Assembly (NCBI GenBank): GCA_030390025.1
Contig: JASTWF010000357.1
Span: 124,001 to 188,000, forward strand
Reading direction: 5' to 3'
Source of the DNA: Squalus acanthias
Taxonomy: Eukaryota
DNA: 64,000 nucleotides
Under the pieces are notes generated by a model, which was not told the DNA's origin, ran no database searches, and saw only the letters and a list, made by a program, of their open reading frames with translations. The number at the start of each line of letters is the position of its first letter. Position 1 is the first letter of the stretch. Made by a program: the position numbers and the translations under genes. Positions 1 to 11,200 of the stretch are shown piece by piece.

Positions 1-83
1 GAAACATAGAAAATAGGTACAGGAGTAGACCATTCGGTCCTTCGAGCCTGCACCGCCATTCAATGCGTTCATGGCTGAACATG

Positions 84-3026
84 CTACCTCAGTACCCCAT
101 TCCTGCTTTCTCGCCATACCCCTTGATTCCCCCTAGATGTGAGTGTTATATCTAACTCCCTTTTGAATATATTTAGCGAACTGGCCTCAACAACCTTCTG
201 TGGAAGAGAATTCCATAGATTCACCACTCTCTGGGTGAAGAAGTTCCTCCTCAGCTCAGTCTTAAATGGCTTCCCCTTAATCCTTGGACTGTGACCCCTG
301 GTTCTAGTTTTCCCTAACATTGGGAACATTCTGCCCGCATCTAATTTGTCTAAACCAGTCAGGATTTTAATTGTCTCTTTTAGATCCCCCCTCATTCTTC
401 TGAACTCCAGAGGATACAAGTTCAGTTGACCCAATCTTTCTTGATATGTCAGTCCGGCCATCCCAGGAATCAATCTAGTGAACCTTCGCTGCACTCCCTC
501 AATAGCAAGAATGTCCTTCCTTAAGTTAGGAGACCAAAACTGCGCACAATACTCCAGGTGTGGCCTCACCAAGGCCCTGTAAAACTGCAGCATCACCTCC
601 CTACTCCTGTACTCAAATCCCCTTACTATGAAGGCCATCATTCCGTTTGCTTTCTTGACTGACTGCTGCACTTGCATTCCCACCTTCAGTGACTGATGTA
701 CCATGACGCCCAGGTCTCGTTGCACCTCCCCTTTCCCGAATTTGCCACCATTCAGGTAATAGTACGCCTCTCTATTTTTACCACCAAAGTGGATAACCTC
801 ACATTTATCCACATTGTACTTCATCTGCCATACATTTGCCCATTCACGCAACCTGTCCAAGTCACTCTGTAGCCTCCTAGCATCCTCCTCATTGTTCACA
901 CTGCCTCCCAATTTAGTGTCATCCGCAAATTTGGAGATATTACATTTAATCCCTTCGTCCAAATCATTAATATATAATGTAAACAGCTGGGGTCCCAGCA
1001 CCGAACCCTGCGGTACCCCGCTGGTCACTGCCTGCCATTCTGAAAAGTACCCATTTACTCCTACTCTTTGTTTCCTGTCTGCCAACCAGTTCTCAATCCA
1101 CGTCAACACATTACCCCCAATCCCATGTGCTTTAACTTTGCTCGCCAATCTCTTGTGTGGGACCTTGTCGAAGGCCTTCTGAAAGTCCAAATACACCACA
1201 TCTACTGGTTCCCCCCTGTCCACCCTATTGGAAACATCCTCAAAAAATTCCAGAAGATTTGTCAAGCATGATTTCCCTTTCACAAATCCATGCTGACTTG
1301 GACCTATCATGTCGCCACTTTCCAAATGGTCTGTTATGACATCTTTAATAATTGCTTCCATCATTTTACCCACGACCGATGTCAGGCTGACCGGTCTATA
1401 ATTCCCTGCTTTCTCCCTCCCTCCTTTTTTAAAAAGAGGGGTTACATTGGCCACCCTCCACTCCATCGGAACTGATCCAGAGTCTAAGGAATGTTGGAAA
1501 ATGATCGTCAATGCATCCACTATTTCCAAGGCCACCTCCTTAAGTACTCTGGGATGCAGACCATCAGGCCCCGGGGATTTTTCAGCCTTCAGTCCCATCA
1601 ATTTCCCCAATACCTTTTCCCGACTAATAAGGATTTCCCTCAGCTCCTCCCTCTTACCAGATCCTCTGACCCCTTTTATTTCCGGCAGGTTGTGTGTGTC
1701 CTCCACAGTAAACACCGAACCAAAGTACTTGTTCAATTGATCTGCCATTTCCTTGTTCCCCATTACGACTTCCCCTGTTTCCGACTGCAGGGGACCTACA
1801 TTTGTTTTTACTAACCTCTTTCTTTTTACATATTTATAGAAGCTTTTGCAGTCCATTTTAATGTTCTCTGCAAGCTTCCTTTCATATTTTATTTTCCCTG
1901 CCCTAATCAAACGCTTCGTCCTCCTCTGCTGAGTTTTGAAGTTCTCCCAGTCCCCGGGTTTGCTGCTACTTCTGGCCAATTTGTATGCAACTTCCTTGGT
2001 TTTAATACTATCCCTGATTTCCCTCGTTAGCCATGGTTGAGCCACCTTCCCTTTTTTATTTTTACGCCAGACCGGGATGTACAATTGTTGTAGTTCATCC
2101 ATGCGATCTCTAAATGTCTGCCATTGCCCTTCCACTGATAGCCCCTTAAATATCGCTTGCCAATTTAACCTCGCCAATTCACGCCTCATACCCTCAAAGT
2201 TGCCCTTATTTAAGTTCTGGACCCTGGTCTCTGACTTAACTGTTTCCTTCTCCATCCTAATGTAGAACTCCACCATACTATGGTCACTCTTCCCCAGGGG
2301 GCCTCGTACCACAAGATTGCTGATTAGTCCTTCCTCATTACACAACACCCAGTCCAGGATGGCCTCCCCTCTAGTTGGTTCCTCAACATATTGGTTTAGG
2401 AAACCATCCCTTAAACACTCCAGGAAATCCTCCTCCACCGTATTGCTTCCAGTTTGAGTAGCCCAATCTATATGCATATTAAAGTCACCCATGATAACTG
2501 CCGTGCCTTTTTTGCACGCACCTCTGATTTCCTGTTTCATACCCTCCCCCACCTCACTACTGCTGTTTGGAGGTCTGTACACAACTCCCACTAACGTTTT
2601 CTGCCCTTTGGTGTTCTGCAGCTCAACCCATATTGATTCCACATCCTCCAAGCTGATGTCCTTCCTAGCTATTGCATTAATCTCCTCTTTAACCAGCAAT
2701 GCTACCCCACCCCCTTTTCCTTTTATTCTATCCTTTCTGAATGTTGAATACCCCTGGATGTTCAGTTCCCAGCCTTGATTGTTCTGGAGCCACGTCTCTG
2801 TAATCCCAATCACATCGTATCCGTTAACATCTATTTGCACAGTCAATTCATCCACCTTATTACGGATACTCCTTGCATTAAGACACAGAGCCTTTAGGCT
2901 TATTTTATTAACATCCTTTGTCCTTTTAGACTTCTGATTTAGTATGGCCCTTTGTGTTTCTTGCCTTTGTTTACTCGGCCTTCCCCTATTGTTTCTCACC
3001 CTTCTAACATTTGTTTCTGACTGCAT
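84..3026 (-). CDS. CR1 ORF2p: AP-like endonuclease + reverse transcriptase
   Basis: Endonuclease motifs NARS, ITETW, YRPP, GDFN, LDWVL, SDH. RT motifs KSPGPDG, YRPVSLTS, LDFQKAFDKV, GVPQGSVLGP, FADD. An extra T near 126 relative to copy 2 shifts only the last ~14 residues. Confidence 0.95.
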   Translation of the reverse strand: MQSETNVRRVRNNRGRPSKQRQETQRAILNQKSKRTKDVNKISLKALCLNARSIRNKVDELTVQIDVNGYDVIGITETWLQNNQGWELNIQGYSTFRKDRIKGKGGGVALLVKEEINAIARKDISLEDVESIWVELQNTKGQKTLVGVVYRPPNSSSEVGEGMKQEIRGACKKGTAVIMGDFNMHIDWATQTGSNTVEEDFLECLRDGFLNQYVEEPTRGEAILDWVLCNEEGLISNLVVRGPLGKSDHSMVEFYIRMEKETVKSETRVQNLNKGNFEGMRRELARLNWQAIFKGLSVEGQWQTFRDRMDELQQLYIPVWRKNKKGKVAQPWLTREIRDSIKTKEVAYKLARSSSKPGDWENFKTQQRRTKRLIRAGKIKYERKLAENIKMDCKSFYKYVKRKRLVKTNVGPLQSETGEVVMGNKEMADQLNKYFGSVFTVEDTHNLPEIKGVRGSGKREELREILISREKVLGKLMGLKAEKSPGPDGLHPRVLKEVALEIVDALTIIFQHSLDSGSVPMEWRVANVTPLFKKGGREKAGNYRPVSLTSVVGKMMEAIIKDVITDHLESGDMIGPSQHGFVKGKSCLTNLLEFFEDVSNRVDRGEPVDVVYLDFQKAFDKVPHKRLASKVKAHGIGGNVLTWIENWLADRKQRVGVNGYFSEWQAVTSGVPQGSVLGPQLFTLYINDLDEGIKCNISKFADDTKLGGSVNNEEDARRLQSDLDRLREWANVWQMKYNVDKCEVIHFGGKNREAYYYLNGGKFGKGEVQRDLGVMVHQSLKVGMQVQQSVKKANGMMAFIVRGFEYRSREVMLQFYRALVRPHLEYCAQFWSPNLRKDILAIEGVQRRFTRLIPGMAGLTYQERLGQLNLYPLEFRRMRGDLKETIKILTGLDKLDAGRMFPMLGKTRTRGHSPRIKGKPFKTELRRNFFTQRVVNLWNSLPQKVVEASSLNIFKRELDITLTSRGNQGVWRESRNGVLR

Positions 3027-3073
3027 ATTACTTACCCCTGTTTCGCTACATAGGTTCCCCTTCCCCTGCCATA

Positions 3074-4007
3074 TTAGTTTAAATCCTCCCGAACTGCTTT
3101 AGCAAATATTACCCCGAGGACATCGGTTCCAGTCCTGCCCAAGTGCAGACCGTCCCTTTTGTACAGGTCCCACTTCCCCCAGAACTGGTTCCAATGCCTC
3201 AGGAATTTGAATCCCTCCCTCCTGCACCACTGCTCAAGCCACATATTCAATCTCACTATCCTGTTCTCTCTATTCTGATTAGCACGTGGCCCTGGTAGCA
3301 ATCCAGAGATTACTACCTTAGAGGTCCTACTTTTTAATTTAGCTCCTAGCTCCCTAAATTCTGCTTGTAGGACCTCTTCCCGCTTTTTACCTATATTGTT
3401 GGTACCTACATGCACCACGACAGCTGGCTGTTCACCCTCCCTCTTCAGAATGTTCTGCAGCCGCTCCGAGACATCCTTGACCCTTGCACCAGGGAGGCAA
3501 CATACCATCCTGCAATCTCTGTTGCGGCCACAGAAACTCCTGTCTATTCCCCTTACAATTGAGTCCCCTATCACTATAGCCCGACCACTCTTTTTCCCGC
3601 CCTGCTGTGCAGCAGAGCCAGCCATGGTGCCATGAACCTGGCTGCTGGTGCCTTCCCCTGGTAGGCCATCTCCCCCAACAGTATCCAAAGCGGCATACCT
3701 GTTTTGGAGGGAGATGACCACAGGGGATTCCTGCACTACCTTCCTGATATTGCCCTGCTTCTTGGTCACCCATTCACTGTCTGTCCTAGCCTTTACCTGC
3801 GGTGTGGACAACTCACTAAATGAGCGATTCACGGAGTTCTCGGCATCGTGCATCCTCCAGAGTGAGTCCACCCGCAGCTCCAGCACCGCCATGCGGGCTG
3901 TCAGGAGCTGCAGCTGGACACACTTCCCGCACATGTAGTTGTCAGGGACACTGGAAGTCCCACATGGCACAGGAGGAGCATGAAACGGGTCCGAGACTTC
4001 CTGTCAT
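3074..4007 (-). pseudogene. CR1 ORF1p (zinc knuckle/coiled coil + SGNH esterase domain), frameshifted near the N-terminus
   Basis: IGDSIVR, HVGTNN and DGLHL SGNH motifs. ATG at 4007 gives MTGSLGPVSCSSCAMW then stops at 3942; the partner CGKC and the rest of ORF1 are in another frame. Confidence 0.85.
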
Positions 4008-4196
4008 GACTTAACACTTATGTTACTTTATTACTAAAATTTAAACTTATTTATCTTAGGTCCAGGAGTTAAGTCCCTGAAAACAAAATATAAAATCGAA
4101 CCTACCTTTTAAATTCCCTCTACCCCTAAAGGTTAGAGGAGGTGGGAGGGTAGGAGTCACTACTAGTGTAGTGTCTCGGGTTTAGCAACCGCTCCA

Positions 4197-4232
4197 CCTA
4201 TATACGGGTACCACTAAATTGGCCCCGCCCCC
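4197..4232 (-). promoter_or_regulatory. GC box - CCAAT - TATA cluster in the CR1 5'UTR (repeated at 50148-50183)
   Basis: Minus strand reads GGGGGCGGGG CCAAT ttagtggtacccg TATATAGG, about 190 bp upstream of the ORF1 ATG. Motif match only. Confidence 0.4.
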
Positions 4233-5229
4233 TGCCTTTGAAAAAGCCCACGAAGCTCTTACCCCGCTGGGGAAAAAGGCCACGTAGGTGAATTTAATGA
4301 CTCACCTCAGGCCTCTGCCGCTCCAACCAGGTCCGCCCCTCCTTCCCCGCTGCCGACCGCTCTGTGGGAGAGAGAAAGAAAGAAAGGCTCCTCCTCCCCC
4401 GCTGAAACAGGAGGAGACCATTCAGCCCCTCGAACAAGTTACACAGAAACAGGAGGAGGAGACCATTCAGCCCCTCGAACAAGTTACATAGAAACAGGAG
4501 GAGGAGACCATTCAGCCCCTCGAACAAGTTACATAGAAACAGGAGGAGGAGACCATTCAGCCCCTCGAACAAGTTACACAGAAACAGGAGACCACCATTC
4601 AGCCCCTCGAACAAGTTACATAGAAACAGGAGGAGGAGACCATTCAGCCCCTCGAACAAGTTACATAGAAACAGGAGGAGACCATTCAGCCCCTCGAACA
4701 AGTTACATAGAAACAGGAGGAGACCATTCAGCCCCTCGAACAAGTTACATAGAAACAGGAGGAGAACATTCAGCCCCTCGAACAAGTTACATAGAAACAG
4801 GAGGAGGAGACCATTCAGCCCCTCGAACAAGTTACATAGAAACAGGAGGAGGAGACCATTCAGCCCCTCGAACAAGTTACATAGAAACAGGAGGAGACCA
4901 TTCAGCCCCTCGAACAAGTTACACAGAAACAGGAGGAGAGACCATTCAGCCCCTCGAACAAGTTACATAGAAACAGGAGGAGACCATTCAGCCCCTCGAA
5001 CAAGTTACATAGAAACAGGAGGAGGAGACCATTCAGCCCCTCGAACAAGTTACATAGAAACAGGAGGAGGAGACCATTCAGCCCCTCGAACAAGTTACAT
5101 AGAAACAGGAGGAGGAGATCATTCAGCCCCTCGAACAAGTTACATAGAAACAGGAGGAGGAGACCATTCAGCCCCTCGAACAAGTTACACAGAAACAGGA
5201 GGAGGAGACCATTCAGCCCCTCGAACAAG

Positions 5230-8200
5230 TTACATAGAAACAGGAGGAGACCATTCAGCCCCTCGAACAAGTAACATAGAAACAGGAGGAGGAGACCATT
5301 CAGCCCCTCGAACAAGTTACATCGAAACAGGAGGAGGAGACCATTCAGCCCCTCGAACAAGTTACATAGAAACAGGAGGAGACCATTCAGCCCCTCGAAC
5401 AAGTTACATAGAAACAGGAGGAGGAGACCATTCAGCCCCTCGAACAAGTTACATAGAAACAGGAGGAGACCATTCAGCCCCTCGAACAAGTTACATAGAA
5501 ACAGGCGGAGACCATTCAGCCCCTCGAGGCTCTTACCCCGCTGGGGAAAAAGGCCACGTAGGTGAGTTTAATGACTCACCTCAGGCCTCTGCCGCTCCAA
5601 CCAGGTCCGCCCCTCCTTCCCCGCTGCCGACCGCTCTGTGCGAGAGAGAAAGAAAGAAAGAAAGAATGGCTCCTCCTCCCCCGCTGAAACAGGAGGAGAC
5701 CATTCAGCCCCTAGAACAAGTTACATGGAAACAGGAGAAGGAGACCATTCAGCCCCTCGAACAAGTTACATAGAAACAGGAGGAGACCATTCAGCCCCTC
5801 GAACAAGTTACATAGAAACAGGAGGAGACCATTCAGCTCCTCGAACAAGTTACATAGAAACAGGAGGAGGAGACCATTCAGCCCCTCGAACAAGTTACAC
5901 AGAAACAGGAGGAGACCATTCAGCCCCTCGAACAAGTTGCATAGAAACAGGAGGAGGAGACCATTCAGCCCCTCGAACAAGTTACAAAGAAACAGGAGGA
6001 GGAGACCATTCAGCCCCTCGAACAAGTTACATAGAAACAGGAGGAGGAGACCATTCAGCCCCTCGAACAAGTTACAAAGAAACAGGAGGAGGAGACCATT
6101 CAGCCCCTCGAACAAGTTACATAGAAACAGGAGGAGGAGACCATTCAGCCCCTCGAACAAGTTACAAAGAATCAGGAGGAGGAGACCATTCAGCCCCTCG
6201 AACAAGTTACATAGAAACAGGAGGAGGCCATTCAGCCCCTCGAACAAGTTACATAGAAACAGGAGGAGGAGACCATTCAGCCCCTCGAACAAGTTACATA
6301 GAAACAGGAGGAGGAGACCATTCAGCCCCTCGAACAAGTTACACAGAACAGGAGGAGAACATTCAGCCCCTCGAACAAGTTACATAGAAACAGGAGGAGG
6401 AGATCATTCAGCCCCTCGAACAAGTTACATAGAAACAGGCGGAGACCATTCAGCCCCTCGAACAAGTTACACAGAAACAGGAGGAGAACATTCAGCCCCT
6501 CGAAGCTCTTACCCCGCTGGGGAATAAGGCCACGTAGGTGAGTTTAATGACTCAGCTCAGGCCTCTGCCGCTCCAACCAGGTCCGCCCCTCCTTCCCCGC
6601 TGCCGACCGCTCTGTGGGAGAGAGAAAGAAAGAAAGGCTCCTCCTCCCCCGCTGAAACAGGAGGAGCCCATTCAGCCCCTCGAACAAGTTACATAGAAAC
6701 AGGAGGAGGAGATCATTCAGCCCCTCGAACAAGTTACATAGAAACAGGAGGAGGAGATCATTCAGCCCCTCGAACAAGTTACATAGAAACAGGCGGAGAC
6801 CATTCAGCCCCTCGAACAAGTTACATAGAAACAGGAGGAGGAGACCATTCAGCCCCTCGAACAAGTTACATAGAAACAGGAGGAGGAGACCATTCAGCCC
6901 CTTGAACAAGTTACATAGAAACAGGAGGAGGAGACCATTCAGCCCCTCGAACAAGTTACACAGAAACAGGAGGAGGAGACCATTCAGCCCCTCGAACAAG
7001 TTACATGGAAACAGGAGAAGGAGACCATTCAGCCCCTCGAACAAGTTACATAGAAACAGGAGGAGACCATTCAGCCCCTCGAACAAGTTACATAGAAACA
7101 GGAGGAGGAGACCATTCAGCCCCTCGAACAAGTTACATAGAAACAGGAGGAGACCATTCAGCCCCTCGAACAAGTTACATAGAAACAGGAGGGGACCATT
7201 CAGCCCCTCGAACAAGTTACATAGAAACAGGAGGAGGAGACCATTCAGCCCCTCGAACAAGTTACATAGAAACAGGAGGAGGAGACCATTCAGCCCCTCA
7301 AACAAGTTACACAGAAACAGGAGGAGAAGACCATTCAGCCCCTCGAACAAGTTACATAGAAACAGGAGGAGGAGACCATTCAGCCCCTCGAACAAGTTAC
7401 ACAGAACAGGAGGAGGAGACCATTCAGCACCTCGAACAAGTTACATAGAAACAGGAGGAGAACATTCAGCCCCTCGAAGCTCTTACCCCGCTGGGGAATA
7501 AGGCCACGTAGGTGAGTTTAATGACTCACCTCAGGCCTCTGCCGCTCCAACCAGGTCCGCCCCTCCTTCCCCGCTGCCGACCGCTCTGTGGGAGAGAGAA
7601 AGAAAGAAAGGCTCCTCCTCCCCCGCTGAAACAGGAGGAGACCATTCAGCCCCTCGAACAAGTTACATGGAAACAGGAGGAGGAGACCATTCAGCCCCTC
7701 GAACAAGTTACATAGAAACAGGAGGAGGAGAACATTCAGCCCCTCGAACAAGTTACATAGAAACAGGAGGAGACCATTCAGCCCCTCGAACAAGTTACAT
7801 AGAAACAGGAGGAGGAGACCATTCAGCCCCTCGAACAAGTTACATAGAAACAGGAGGAGACCATTCAGCCCCTCGAACAAGTTACATAGAAACAGGAGGA
7901 GGAGACCATTCAGCCCCTCGAACAAGTTACATCGAAACAGGAAACCACCATTCAGCCCCTCGAACAAGCGAAGCTCTTACCCATCTGGGGAAAAAGACCA
8001 CGTAGGTGAGTTTAATGACTCACCTCAGGCCTCTGCCGCTCCAACCAGGTCCGCCCGTCCTTCCCCGCTGCCGACCGCTCTGTGGGAGAGAGAAAGAAAG
8101 AAAGGCTCCTCCTCCCCCGCTGAAACAGGAGGAGACCATTCAGCCCCTCGAACAAGTCACACAGAAACAGGAGGAGGAGACCATTCAGCCCCTCGAACAA

Positions 8201-11200
8201 GTTACATAGAAACAGGAGGAAGCCATTCAGCCCCTCGAACAAGTTACATAGAAACAGGAGGAGGAGACCATTCAGCCCCTCGAACAAGTTATAGAAACAG
8301 GAGGAGGAGACCATTCAGCCCCTCGAACAAGTTATATGGAAACAGGAGGAGGAGACCATTCAGCCACTCGAGCAAGTTACACAGAAACAGGAGACGACCA
8401 TTCAGCCCCTCGAACAAGTTACATAGAAACAGGAGGAGACCATTCAGCCCCTCGAACAAGTTACATAGAAACAGGAGGAGGAGACCATTCAGCCCCTCGA
8501 ACAAGTTGCATAGAAACAGGAGGAAGCCATTCAGCCCCTCGAACAAGTTACATAGAAACAGGAGGAGGCCATTCAGCCCCTCGAACAAGTTACAGAGAAA
8601 CAGGAGGAGGAGACCATTCAGCCCCTCGAACAAGTTACATAGAAACAGGAGGAGGAGACCATTCAGCCCCTCGAACAAGTTACACAGAAACAGGAGGAGA
8701 CCATTCAGCCCCTCGAACAAGTTACATAGAAACAGGAGGGGACCATTCAGCCCCTCGAATAAGTTACATAGAAACAGGAGGAGACCATTCAGCCCCTCGA
8801 ACAAGTTACATAGAAACAGGAGGAGACCATTCAGCCCCTCGAACAAGTTACATAGAAACAGGCGGAGACCATTCAGCCCCTCGAACAAGTTACAAAGAAA
8901 CAGGAGGAGACCATTCAGCCCCTCGAACAAGTTACAAAGAAACAGGAAGAGGCCATTCAGCCCCTCGAACAAGTTACAAAGAAACAGGAAGAGGCCATTC
9001 AGCCACTCGAACAAGTTACATAGAAACAGGAGGAGATCATTCAGCCCCTCGAACAAGTTACAAAGAATCAGGAAGAGGCCATTCAGCCCCTCGAACAAGT
9101 TACATAGAAACAGGAGGAGGAGGAGAGAATTCAGCCCCTCGAACAAGTTACATAGAAACAGGAGGAGGAGACCATTCAGCCCCTCGAACAAGTTACACCG
9201 AAACAGGAGGAGGAGACCATTCAGCCCCTCGAACAAGTTACATAGAAACAGGAGGAGGAGACCATTCAGCCCCTCGAACAAGTTACATAGAAACAGGAGG
9301 AGGAGACCATTCAGCCCCTCGAACAAGTTACATGGAAACAGGAGGAGGAGACCATTCAGCCCCTCGAACAAGTTACATAGAAACAGGAGGAGGAGACCAT
9401 TCAGCCCCTCGGACAAGTTACATAGAAACAGGAGGAGGAGACCATTCAGCCCCTCGGACAAGTTACATAGAAACAGGAGGAGACCATTCAGCCCCTCGAA
9501 CAAGTTACACAGAAACAGGAGGAGACCATTCAGCCCCTCGAACAAGTTACATAGAAACAGGAGGAGGAGACCATTCAGCCCCTCGAACAAGTTACATAGA
9601 AACAGGAGGAGGAGACCATTCAGCCCCTCGAACAAGTTACATAGAAACAGGAGGAGGAGACCATTCAGCCCCTCGAACAAGTTATATGGAAACAGGAGGA
9701 GGAGACCATTCAGCCACTCGAGCAAGTTACATAGAAACAGGAGACGACCATTCAGCCCCTCGAACAAGTTACATAGAAACAGGAGGAGGAGACCATTCAG
9801 CCCCTCGAACAAGTTATATGGAAACAGGAGGAGGAGACCATTCAGCCCCTCGAACAAGTTACACAGAAACAGGAGACCACCATTCAGCCCCTCGAACAAG
9901 TTACATAGAAACAGGAGGAGGCCATTCAGCCCCTCGAACAAGTTACAGAGAAACAGGAGGAGGAGACCATTCAGCCCCTCGAACAAGTTACATAGAAACA
10001 GGAGGAGGAGACCATTCAGCCCCTCGAACAAGTTACATAGAAACAGGAGGGGACCATTCAGCCCCTCGAACAAGTTACATAGAAACAGGAGGAGGCCATT
10101 CAGCCCCTCGAATAAGTTACATAGAAACAGGAGGAGACCATTCAGCCCCTCGAACAAGTTACATAGAAACAGGAGGAGGCCATTCAGCCCCTCGAACAAG
10201 TTACATAGAAACAGGAGGAGACCATTCAGCCCCTCGAACAAGTTACAAAGAAACAGGAGGAGACCATTCAGCCCCTCGAACAAGTTACAAAGAAACAGGA
10301 AGAGGCCATTCAGCCCCTCGAACAAGTTACAAAGAAACAGGAAGAGGCCATTCAGCCCCTCGAACAAGTTACATAGAAACAGGAGGAGATCATTCAGCCC
10401 CTCGAACAAGTTACAAAGAATCAGGAAGAGGCCATTCAGCCCCTCGAACAAGTTACATAGAAACAGGAGGAGATCATTCAGCCCCTCGAACAAGTTACAT
10501 AGAAACAGGAGGAGGAGGAGAGAATTCAGCCCCTCGAACAAGTTACATAGAAACAGGAGGAGGAGACCATTCAGCCCCTCAAACAAGTTACACAGAAACA
10601 GGAGGAGAAGACCATTCAGCCCCTCGAACAAGTTACATAGAAACAGGAGGAGACCATTCAGCCCCTCGAACAAGTTACATAGAAACAGGAGGAGGAGACC
10701 ATTCAGCCCCTCGAACAAGTTACACAGAAACAGGAGGAGGAGACCATTCAGCCCCTCGAACAAGTTACATAGAAACAGGAGGAGGAGATCATTCAGCCCC
10801 TCGAACAAGTTACATAGAAACAGGAGGAGGAGACCATTCAGCCCCTCGAACAAGTTACACAGAAACAGGAGAGGAGACCATTCAGCCCCTCGAACAAGTT
10901 ACATAGAAACAGGAGGAGACCATTCAGCCCCTCGAACAAGTAACATAGAAACAGGAGGAGGAGACCATTCAGCCCCTCGAACAAGTTACATCGAAACAGG
11001 AGGAGGAGACCATTCAGCCCCTCGAACAAGTTACATAGAAACAGGAGGAGACCATTCAGCCCCTCGAACAAGTTACATAGAAACAGGAGGAGGAGACCAT
11101 TCAGCCCCTCGAACAAGTTACATAGAAACAGGAGGAGACCATTCAGCCCCTCGAACAAGTTACATAGAAACAGGCGGAGACCATTCAGCCCCTCGAGGCT

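Larger units (their letters stand above)
7..4403 (-). mobile_element. CR1-clade LINE, subfamily A, copy 1 (near full length: 5'UTR, ORF1, ORF2, 3' tail)
   Basis: Esterase-type ORF1 and APE-RT ORF2. The 3' end reads GGACC-GAAT-GGTCT...TTTTCTATGT on the minus strand. Flanked by GAAACA at 1-6 and 4404-4409 (candidate TSD, overlapping the tail repeat). Confidence 0.95.

Noticed and set aside
814..4014. Short plus-strand ORFs overlapping CR1-A (and equivalents at 46764-49965 and antisense to CR1-B)
   Set aside because: Antisense shadows of LINE coding sequence with no recognisable motifs.
4267..4305. 39-nt intron GTGAGT...CCCCAG inside the module (and 29-nt GTAGGT...TTTCAG at 4105-4077)
   Set aside because: Too short for typical vertebrate spliceosomal introns; these sites are only plausible when paired with more distant partners.
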